Below, piece after piece: positions 51,811 to 61,611 of a stretch of DNA of 64,000 bases. The notes below the pieces were generated by a model. That model saw only the letters and a list, made by a program, of their open reading frames with translations. It searched no databases and was not told the origin of the DNA. The DNA comes from Carcharhinus amblyrhynchos. Taxonomy: Eukaryota. A program made the translations under genes and the position numbers. The stretch is taken from the NCBI GenBank assembly GCA_965287045.1, contig OZ336881.1:22444001-22508000 (forward strand). The letters run 5' to 3'. Numbering within the stretch: the first letter of the stretch is position 1; the number at the start of each line of letters is the position of its first letter.

Positions 51811-51846
51811 TCGCCTGACAAAGGGGCAAACCCCGAAAGCTTGCGA
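51811..51846 (+). ncRNA. minimal hammerhead ribozyme with core mutation (CTGACAA)
   Basis: tcgc-CTGACAA-a-gggg-caaa-cccc-GAAA-gc-TT-gcga. Confidence 0.65.
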
Positions 51847-52781
51847 GTTTACCATCAAATCGGTTGGACTTAAACCTGGTGTTATCAGTGACATTGCCAC
51901 TGTGAACCAGGCTCCACCCAAGTCAGTTCCAACCCCATCTTGCAAACAAGGAACGTCTTCAATTTAATGCAGCTCTCCACAGTCAAGAGTTAACCACGAT
52001 CTTTCAAAAATGTTGTACAGATTATGCAACTACAGATCATGCATAAGGGTTAAAGATGAATAAGTCCTGAGCTCACGAAAATGCAGCCGTTCCCATGCTC
52101 ACATCATATGACCCCCCCACATAAACATTTACAATAGGGATCTATAAATTTTCCCTTTATGTAATCTAAGTAAATATTTAGCTATCACACTTTATTGGTG
52201 AACTAAGATCATTTTTCCAAACATTTTGCATATTCTTCTTCTCCGTCAGTGGAATTTCTACTCCCAAAGTAAGATATTGAACACAATAATAATTCAGAAT
52301 ATTGAGCATCACGTAAGATTCAATTTATTTATTGAATCTTTTATCTCCTTTACAGTTTTCACGAGCACATTACCCCTCAAAGCCGAAGGTTGCACTTGAT
52401 AACAGCAGTTAACAGTCATAACATCTGGCAGAAGTTGTCTCAGCATTTGCAATGTGCACAACCTTCCACTATGAAAGGAATAAGAAAGCTATTTATTGTT
52501 TGAAAGTTAGAAACTAAATGGGGTAGAGAAAATTGGTAATCTGGCAGGGAGGATATATCATGTTGTAAAAGTAGCAAAGCAAGTTCATAACACCATAACA
52601 GGATTGATTTTGAAAGGACATGAATACATAAGCACGGATTCATATAGAATTATGATTAGATCATACTTTCAATAGCTATGGTAATGCTCAGGGTTGTAGA
52701 AATAGGGTGGGGGTGGAAATGGGTAAGATGCTCTTTCGGAGTGTGGGTGCAGACTCGATTGGCCAAATGGCCTCCTTCTCG

Positions 52782-53055
52782 TGGGTGGCAGAGTGGTTAA
52801 CATTGCTGCCTCACAGCGCCAGGGACCTGGGTTCAATTCAGGTCGTGGATGGCTGACTGGAGTTTGCATGCTCTCCCCATATCTATGTGGGTTTTCTCTG
52901 GGTACGCCAGTTTCCTCCCATGGTCCCTTAGTGTCCCAAGATGTAGAATTTAGGGTTATTAGTGGTATAAATATGTGAGGTTATGGGGTAAGCCTGGGGA
53001 TATGTTGGTGTAAATTTGATGGGCTAAGTGGCCTCCTTCCGACTAAGGATTCTAA
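52782..53055 (+). mobile_element. HE1 SINE
   Basis: ggtggcagagtggttaacattgctgcctcacagcgccagggacctgggttcaattc head plus HE1 body. Confidence 0.85.
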
Positions 53056-53069
53056 TGTTCATAATTCTG

Positions 53070-54230
53070 GTTTCACTAGACACTTTCATCCTTTGAGGCA
53101 AAGATGACCATGTTCATCATTTGTGTGGGTTGTTGGTAGGGTACCAGTGGGAGATAGATGGCTGCTAAAACTGATGTGCGCCAGGAAGCCTCTGCTGTAA
53201 AAAGGAAATGATACAGCAGATGACTTAAGCTTTGGACAAGTTATTGGTTCAGGATTTCCTCTGGCACGTTTGCTTTCAAAGGGGACTGCACCATTTTTTA
53301 CTTGGATTCATCACGAGCAACCGGGCAAACCTATCATAGAATCATACAGTGCAGAAGGAGGCCATTCAGCTCAATGCGTCTGCACTGACCACAATCCCAG
53401 CTAGGCTTATCCCCATAACCCCATAACTGCATTTATCCTAGCTCGTCCCCTTGACACTGAAGGTCAATTTAGCACGGACAATCCAACTAGCCCACACAAC
53501 TTTGGACTGTGGTTGGAAACCGGAGCACCTGGAGGAAACAAGGAGAACGTGCAAACTCCGCACAGATAGTAACCCAAGCTGGGAATCGAATCTTGGTCTC
53601 CTGGCACTGTAAGGCAGCAGTGCTAACCACTGTGCCATCATGTCACCCCTAAACGTATGACTCAAAATCGATATCAAACTCTTAAGTGAAGCATTGAGGG
53701 GGCCCCTGTGGTACTTCCTTTGACAGCCATGAGAACACACCCCAAACCTGAGCTCACCAAAGACGACTCACTTTGGTGAACGATCATCAGGCATTCTGGC
53801 TACATGACTAGCTTAACTCAGCTGCGAGGGTCTCAATATTGTGGGGATGGTTGGCATGCCAGTTTGGGTGAGCACTTCAGTGTGTTGTATTTTGTCCTAC
53901 CACCTGATTTTCAGGAGTTTCCAGAGACAGCTCAAATGAAGGTGGTTGAACTTTGTGGCATTATCCTGGTACACAGTCGACGTCTCACGTCCATACAGCA
54001 GACTGAGCAGGATTATTGCCCTGTAGGCTTTCATATTGGGTGATAGGTCTATTCCTTTTCATTTCCAGACAGATGTTCAAAGTCTGCCAAAGACTATTGC
54101 TTCGACAATTCTTGCCTGAGTCTCAGCATCAATATAGACAGCTCGAGAGAATGTGCTGTCAAAATAAGTGAGCCCACCCACTGCTGACCAGTTCTCAGCA
54201 TGGACCGAAACCTTGGGCTGAGTGGGGGGT
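53070..54230 (-). mobile_element. RTE (BovB-like) LINE 3' relic, split by a SINE
   Basis: LTYFDSTFSRAVYIDAETQARIVEA..FGRL resembles FTYLGSTLS...IDxEVxxRIAKA..AFGRL. Confidence 0.7.
53335..53645 (-). mobile_element. HE1 SINE
   Basis: Matches 4349-4643. Confidence 0.85.
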
Positions 54231-54829
54231 GGGGGGACACTCATGAGAAGTACAAACACCAGCACTGACAAGTTGGGTCAAATGGTTTATTTCTCTGCAG
54301 TATATTCTAGGCACTTCTACCAACACCATTTAGCTTAGCGTACAGCAATTTTGGGATGGTTTCCTTTCAAAATGAATTGTAGAAAAAATAGCATTTAAAT
54401 TTCCTAAGTTTTATTGAGTGCAATTTATATTGAGTGCGTCATTTTAAAGCGAGCATGAACATTAGTAGAAATGTGCATATGAAGGGGAAAGCAAGCAATG
54501 AGAGAAAGACACTCCCAATTCTGCCAATCACAAGTACCTGCCCAGAGGTCAAACCAAAGGACTCTTCTGTCCATAGCTGCCACACCCCAACCACCAAATC
54601 TGAGGACAAATTGCTGGTGTTACCAAACCGTAATCAATGAAAACAAAGACCAGTTCAATAATCTTTGGTCCACTATAAAACACACCACACAAAGTCATGT
54701 CATGCCACAAGCATGTAGAAATACAAACAGACTTCTGTATGACACCCAGGGTTTGGAAATCCAATTAAAATTAATTTGAAAAGTACATTCAAAAAAGAAC
54801 ACATTTGCTTGTCTTTTGCATCTATTCAC

Positions 54830-54902
54830 CTCAGAAGAAATTGTAAATCCTGATCTTCTCCATGCATACAATAGATTGATTCTTGATTTTACAAATTTGT
54901 CT
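54830..54902 (-). CDS. candidate 73-nt internal exon (open frame DKFVKSRINLLYAWRRSGFTISSE)
   Basis: gtttctttttag acceptor and GAG|gtgaat donor; coding status unproven. Confidence 0.35.
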
Positions 54903-55764
54903 CTAAAAAGAAACCGGAGGCAAGCTTTTGAAACCAAGTATTTTTGCACCCACCGGAATATGTTTTGAAAGCATTGTTGTAATGTATCAAACATGGCAGT
55001 CAGTTTGAACACAGCAAGATCCTACAAACAGGAACATGTTATTATGACCAGATAATGTTGCAGAGAAGTTAGTTGAAAGAGTAACATTGGCCAGAACACC
55101 AGAGAAAACTCCCTCCCATTAAACAAAATAGCATCCTAGTATCCACTACATTCAGACGAAAGGAGGATTTAACTTCGCATCTGAACCTTGTTTTGTTATT
55201 GCTCACCCTACAACAGTAATGCGAGGGCTAAAAGTCTGCCTGGTCTGTACATAACAAAATTCAATTGGCTGAATTTGATGCAGTCTGTTAAAACGGGAAA
55301 CATGGCAGCCAGGCCCACCTAATCATGAGGGTCCCCATGTCAGTGTCTCTGCTGCGACAAAGCCTTCTTTTATTATGTCTGAGAGCAGAAAGACTGAGGT
55401 GAGATTCCCAGCCAACCAGGATGTTACTTAGGCTCATTAATGAGCCAAGTGACTCTCATTAAATTGCTGGGGTCTCAGGGATAATGGTGACTCAGATTGA
55501 ACAGCTATCCTATACCTCTCAAAGACCTTCTAGCAAAACCTATTGGGTTTGTCAGCAGCCTCCTGGAGGTGCCTTAAAATCAGGCATTCTGGATGGAATT
55601 CAGCCCCATGGTGGAGGCAGGGATGGGGTCTGTTTCCTGCTATGGAGCCCGAGGAGAAATCATGCCATACCTTCCTTCCCCAGCATAATTAATTTTGTAT
55701 CTTAGGTTTTACATCATCTTCCGAGGCAGGGCAGGCTTAATGGTGCCAATCTCACCATCATATC

Positions 55765-56405
55765 AGTGTGTCATATATCAAGGCGGACAAAATAGAAAGG
55801 GTCAAGAGCTTCAAGTTTTTACGTGTCCAGGTCACCAACAATCTATCCCCCCGTGCTGACACTGTAGTTAAGAAAGCTCACCAATGCTTCTACTTTCTCA
55901 GAAGACTAAGGAAATTTGGCATGTCAGCTACAACTCGAACTTTTACAGATGCACCATAGAAAGCATTCTTTCTGGTTTATCACAGCTTGATATGGCTCGT
56001 GCTCTGCCCAAGGCCACAAAAGGTCGTGAATGTAGTCCAATCCATCATGCAAATTAGCCTCCATCCATTGACTGTCTACACTTCCTGCTGCCTCAGCAAA
56101 GCACCTAGCATAATTAATGACTCCACCCACACTGGCCATTCTCTGTTCCACCTTCTTCCTATAGGAAAAAGATATCAAAGTCTGAGGTCACATACCAAAC
56201 GACTCAAGAACAGCTTCTTCCCTGATGCTGTCAGACTTTTGACTGGACTTATCTTGCATTCAGTTGATCTTTCTCTCTACCCGAGCTACGACTGTAACAC
56301 CACATTCTGCACTCTCCCCTTTCCTTCTCTATGTTTTGTCTGTGTAGCACGCAAGAAACAATACTTTTCACTGTATGTTAACACGTGACAAGAATAAATC
56401 AAATT
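55765..56405 (+). mobile_element. Rex1/Babar-type LINE 3' end
   Basis: IERVKSFKFL.VQVTNNLS...VVKKAHQCFYFLRRLRKFG and SLFHLLP.GKRYQSLRSHTKRLKNSFFP; tail aataaatcaaat. Confidence 0.8.
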
Positions 56406-58089
56406 ATATAAAAGGTGGCCAACATCACTGACCCTCAGTTAAAGAAAGAAGATGGATCTCCAGGAACTCCGAGGCTGGAAGATGAACTTCCTTGAGGAAA
56501 CTGAAGCTGGAAGGTCCACTTGATAGATGCTCCCCCACCCACTTCTGTGGTGTTCGCGGTCAGGGTCACTGGAGGTCTCCATCTCAAACACCATAAGTCC
56601 TGACCATTACACACCATAATGGCCATCTCTCATGACCTCCACTCCTTTTTTGCCTTCGCTCACATTCAGTTTGAAATCCCACACTGATCCTTGATATCTA
56701 GTAGGTGCATTGCCACTACTCCCTCTGATACTGACAGCATGAGGACTGGCGATAACACTCAATGAGAAGGACATTTGCTGCCAGGGACCTCATTCATGGG
56801 GCAGGCAGGATGGTGGCCACTTGAGTCCCTGAACGGCACTTGATTCCTTTGGGTTTCCCGCACAAAACTGTGGAAGTTCCCAATGGGTTCTCCGACCATT
56901 AGGTGAGATTCCCCATTGACCCATGAGATGTCAGCCAATAGGTTACTGCAGTTGCTGCACATGCGCAGTGCATAAGTTCACTATATAACAAATAAACTAC
57001 ACGTGCCTGATGACACTTTGGGTGTGATCTTGCCAGCTGTTCAAGCCATACTCCCACTGCAGCAAAATCAGAAAATTTGGCATCTAGCAAATCTCCATTC
57101 ACTGCAGTGGGATAGGAAAATCCCACGGGTGTGAACGGCCATAACATTCCAGCACTTGGCTTTCAGCCAAGCCAATGCAGCCAACAGTTTCAGAAATTTC
57201 CTCCTTAAATTCCTCTGGTAGATCTGTGCCATTCTCACTTCTTAAAATCTTCACACATGCCAACTGGTAGTATTCCTCTAACATTAATAGGTTTGTAAAT
57301 AAGTAATCTATTGTTTCAGATAGGTACTTATGAAAAATCACACATCCAAAAGATGACATACCTGCACTTTCTCTTCACAGACAGTAATTGACACACATGT
57401 CCAATATTTCCTGTTCTTTTTAGTTTTTCAGCATTTTCAATTATCTTTTCCTTTGAAGTTTGGTTTTCAAACATTTATTTTTAGAGGGATATTCTGCAAA
57501 CAATTGGCATGCCCCAAAAAACTATATCATAATGTCTGAAGGGCATCATCAGCTATGTATAGGAAAATATAAGTGTTGTCATCACAGAAAACATTCTAGC
57601 AGACAGCACAAGAAATAACATGCTATTATGTCAACACATCAGAAATTTGATCACCTTGGCTGGGAATCCAGTTTATAAACAGAATAAGAACTATTAATCT
57701 CAATTATAGTACCGTACCTGATTCTGACAATATCATTACCACTCACCTGATGAAATTTAATTGGTAACTATTTTAGAAAGTTGAAATGGTGACATGTAAT
57801 TTATTACTGCAATACTAACCCACTGCTCACAAAGGGCTCATTCAAAAACAATAATTGGGTTATTTTGTGCCATTTTCCTCCCAACAGTTACAGCTCACAC
57901 TTTATTTAACACTACCCTGCAATTCTGATTTGAAGTATCTGCTAGCTGTTAGAATTTTTCAAAATTAACAAGTGGATTTACCAGTTTTTTCTTCACCTCT
58001 CCAGCCTAACCCCTATCCGATCAGAGCTAGAGTTTGAGCACCAGTTCAACCGGAGGACATAAAGTCATCATCAAACTTCTTCTAAACTA

Positions 58090-58870
58090 CAAGACATTGG
58101 AGCAGAAGTAGCCGATTCGGCCCATCGAGTCTGTTCTGCCATTCAAAGAGATCATGATTTATCTGATAATCACCAACTTCACTTTACTGTTTTATCCCTA
58201 TATTCCATGATGCCCTTACTGACTAGAAATCTGTCCATCTCAGCCTTGAACATGCTAAACAACCCAGCCTCTACTGCTCTCCATGATTTCACAGATCCAT
58301 TTCCCTCAGAAGAAATTCCTCTCCATCTGTCAACATTCCCTTTGTCTTCCCTATGACCTGATGAATTTGCACGCTAGCTTTTTGTGATTTATGCAAGTGG
58401 GCCTCCAAATCCCCCTCTTGCAGCTTTCTAAGGTCTCCATCAAAAGAATATTCAGCTTTTTTATTTTTCCTACGAAGTTCATACTTTCACATTTTCCTAC
58501 AGCATATTCTAAGTTTTTGCTCACTCACTTAACCTGTTCATATCACTCTGTAGATTGTGTGTCATGCTCACTCCTTGCCTTCCCATCTAGATTTGTGTCA
58601 TTTGCAAACGTGTCAGTAGTACATTCACAGCCTTCATCCAAATCATTAATACTGTACTGATCTCTGTGACACTCCAATAATTACAGATTGTCATCCTGAA
58701 AATGCCCCTTATCCCAACTCATGTTTTTTTTTATTAGTTTTGATGTGGGGATGCTGGCTATTTTATTAGTTAGCCAATCCTCTATCCATTACTCTAGCCT
58801 TTTATGCAGTACCTTATCAAATGCTTTTTGGAAATCCAAATATATTACATCTACTGATTTCTGCCTTCTA
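58090..58870 (-). mobile_element. degraded CR1 fragments
   Basis: Antisense tail plus antisense YLDFQKAFDKV (accttatcaaatgctttttggaaatccaaata). Confidence 0.75.
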
Positions 58871-58918
58871 ACAGTTCATGAGAGTTGGGCACGATATAGA
58901 TTTATCTCGAGTACATAC

Positions 58919-58967
58919 CCACACGTGTATAAGGGATCCAAATATGGCCAAAACATCCTCATTCAAT
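58919..58967 (-). other. candidate 49-nt exon
   Basis: actgttcttacag acceptor and TGG|gtatgt donor; reads LNEDVLAIFGSLIHVW or *MRMFWPYLDPLYTC(G). Confidence 0.35.
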
Positions 58968-59821
58968 CTGTAAGAACAGTAATTACACACGATATAGAAA
59001 TCAAATGTACAAGCATATTTCAGATTAAATTTGTCAGAATAATTATGTTGATACCTCATTATTCTGTGCATTGTAGCTAGAATTGAAAACATCCAGAATT
59101 TTAGTAGTCTTGGCTCCCAGAATTTTACAACAATATAAACTGCCCACGTTATTTTAATTATTTCCTCGTTTTAAGATCTGGATGCACTAACCACAAAAGT
59201 AAAAATCAGGTAAAGCTTGATGCTATAAAAATAATGAAAGGAAAAAACTAAAGATTCTGTATCTAAATGTGTGTAACATTTGAAACACAACAGATGAACT
59301 GATAGCACAAATTGAAATTGATAAGTGAAACTTGAATAAAAGTACAGGAGTTTTTGAAATAAAAGGAAAATACACCCAGCTGGAAGAAACCTGTGCTTCA
59401 CACTTAAAAAGGAGAAATCTGGAAAGGCGGCAGATATTGGCTGCAGTTAAACAAGTTCAGGAATAAAAAAGAAAAAGTCTCAAGAACAAGTGTGAAAAAC
59501 AAATTGCAGATCTTCCAATGTGAAGAAAGTCTGCCAGGAACCATCCCTACACTAAGGGACAAGGGGCAGTGAGGGTTGACAGTTTTTAAAACAAGAGTAG
59601 TCCTCTACCTGCTAAAAAAAAGTTAAGTTGAAAGAAGATGGTTCTGAAATGGACAGCATAGACTGCAAGCAAAATTAACAAAACACTACATTAAAAAAAA
59701 GACTATTCAGGCAACATAAACATAAAAAAGCTGCAGAAATCTTCCACCAACGCAAGAGATTTTGCATAGTTTGCAAGGATCAAGGAGGAGGAGCTGCAGG
59801 TTCCTGCCAAAACTCCATAAG

Positions 59822-60346
59822 GAGGAAGTCAAAAACTTGATGCCTGTGTCAATATGCACGATCTTCTTGGAGACCCTCTCTACTCGGAGCCAGCAGTTTG
59901 CAGTGTCAATAGTTGTCACAATGTGGAGATACCAGCGTTGGACTGGGGTAAACACAGTAAGACAACTTTCACACTGTCAACCTTTTTTCAAACTGCCACA
60001 GCTGCTGTTTCACACTGCCTGTGCTTCTGGAGTTTTGATGTGGAGATGCCGGCGTTGGACTGGGGCAAACACAGTAAGAAGTCAAAACTTGATGTCTGTG
60101 TCGAAAGGCACGATCTTCTTGGAGATCCTCTCCATTTGGAACTGGCAGTTTGCTGTCGATAGTAGTCTTGATGTGGAGATGTCAGCGTTGGCCTGGGTTA
60201 AAACACAGTAAGCAGACTTCACTTGCCGCTGCAAACTGCCAGCTCCAAGTGCAGAGGATCTCCAAGATGATCATGCACATCGACACAGACATCAAGTTTT
60301 GACTTTTTACTGTGTTTACCCCAGTCCAACGCCAGCATCTCCACAT
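59822..60346. mobile_element. complex reiterated PLE-terminus insertion (4 x 41-nt tail)
   Basis: Tail copies at 59921, 60038 and 60171 (+) and 60306-60346 (-); 14-bp TSD caaaactcca(t/g)aag at 59808-59821 / 60347-60360. Confidence 0.85.
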
Positions 60347-61378
60347 CAAAACTCCAGAAGCACAGACAGTGTGAAACAGCAGCTGTGGCAGTTTAAAAAA
60401 AGGTTGACGGTGTGAAAGTGGTAATGCATTTAAAGTTGTACAGCATTTTATGAAACCACCAGGAGGAACAAAGAACAAGGGACAGAAAAATCAGAGACGA
60501 TCACAGATGGAGGGCAAAGCTAAGAATAGAGGGCAAGTCCATAAAGGGGGTCTGTAAGCAATGCCAAGACCTCAAGAAAAAGATAATGCTGGATCTCAGA
60601 GGAGGTAATAAGAAACCCTGGAAAGGAGACAAGCCAGACAGAGGGCCCCAAAGTGACAGAAAAATCAAGCAGAACTCAGCAGGGATCATGACATGGAACT
60701 CAAGAACAGCCAAGGAAATTCCATATAATGGATGCCATCAGTTTTGTGATCAGTAACAAAACTGCTGTTCTGAGTGAAGCGCCTCAAGAATAACAATCCA
60801 TGGCACTCACATAGAACATCTTGTATCATCCACTGCGCAACTCACTATACTCTTGAAGTAGAAATTAGACCAGAGCTATTACTGGGAATTCTTTCGAAAT
60901 CTAATTGAATCATTGAACTACCAGTTGAGTGGTAAACACAAATAAGCTCAAGAAATTGGCATTCTACAGAGAGGCAGAAACCTTGTGTTTGAGGGTGCTG
61001 AAGAGGACTTAGCAATGGACAAAACCCAAAGAGAGGACATAACAGTTGGAACAAATTAGCAATCGAGAAGAATTGTCTAACAAATATAATGAGGAGGAAG
61101 GAATGTTCAACTTAGAAAGAGAGTTTGTTACAACATAATGACTATCAGTTCTCTGAAAACATGCAAAACACACAAAGGAAAAAAATCATCAAATGTTATC
61201 AGAAGGGTATCCACCTTGGAAGAAACTCAGAAATGGATAAACACATTGCAAAAGCGGATGCATAGAATAAAGAATGACTCATGTCTAAGCACAGGATTGG
61301 TTGAAGCAGAAGAGGGAATGAAATGATTGGAAAATGAAGTCACTCAGCCGTTGAAATTATGTTAGAGAATTAGACAAG

Positions 61379-61611
61379 ATGTGGAGACGCCAGCATTGGA
61401 CTGGGGCAAACATAGAAAGAAGTCTCACAACACCAGGTTAAAGTCCAATAGGTTTGCTTGGTAGCAAAAGCCATTAGCTTTCGCAGTGCTCGTTGTTTGT
61501 GAACTGAAATCCCACTCACCTGATGAAGGAGCAGTGAGCGCTCTGAAAGCTAGTGGCTTTTGCTACCAAATAACCCTATTGTCTTTCACCTGGTGTTGTG
61601 AGACTTCTTAC
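61379..61611. mobile_element. short fold-back PLE pLTR insertion
   Basis: 41-nt tail plus about 65-bp inverted arms; TSD agaatta(g/a)acaa at 61366-61377 / 61612-61623. Confidence 0.88.
61517..61555 (+). ncRNA. minimal type I hammerhead ribozyme
   Basis: cac-CTGATGA-a-ggagc-agtgagc-gctct-GAAA-gc-TA-gtg; intact core and palindromic AGCT stem III. Confidence 0.8.

Larger units (their letters stand above)
49419..51881. mobile_element. palindromic Penelope-like element (two inverted arms: RT C-terminus, GIY-YIG endonuclease, pLTR)
   Basis: Exact 15-bp TSD ttatcagtgacattg (49404-49418 / 51882-51896); both arms encode NVVYLxRCRKGCPEARYIGxTMQxLRQxMNE (GIY-YIG); RT motifs FLD and TSLYRKPT near the centre. 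Confidence 0.93.

Noticed and set aside
57099-57359. Minus-strand ORF EEYYQLACVKILRSENGTDLPEEF as an exon
   Set aside because: Weak acceptor, and it runs into a dispersed repeat; not supportable.
58919-58967. Selenoprotein reading IE-U-GCFGH
   Set aside because: No recognisable selenoprotein motif and no SECIS identified.
59921-60346. CRISPR array (41-nt repeats with spacers)
   Set aside because: Vertebrate context and no cas genes. The repeat is a PLE terminus, one copy is inverted, the spacers are long and repeated, and the unit is TSD-flanked.
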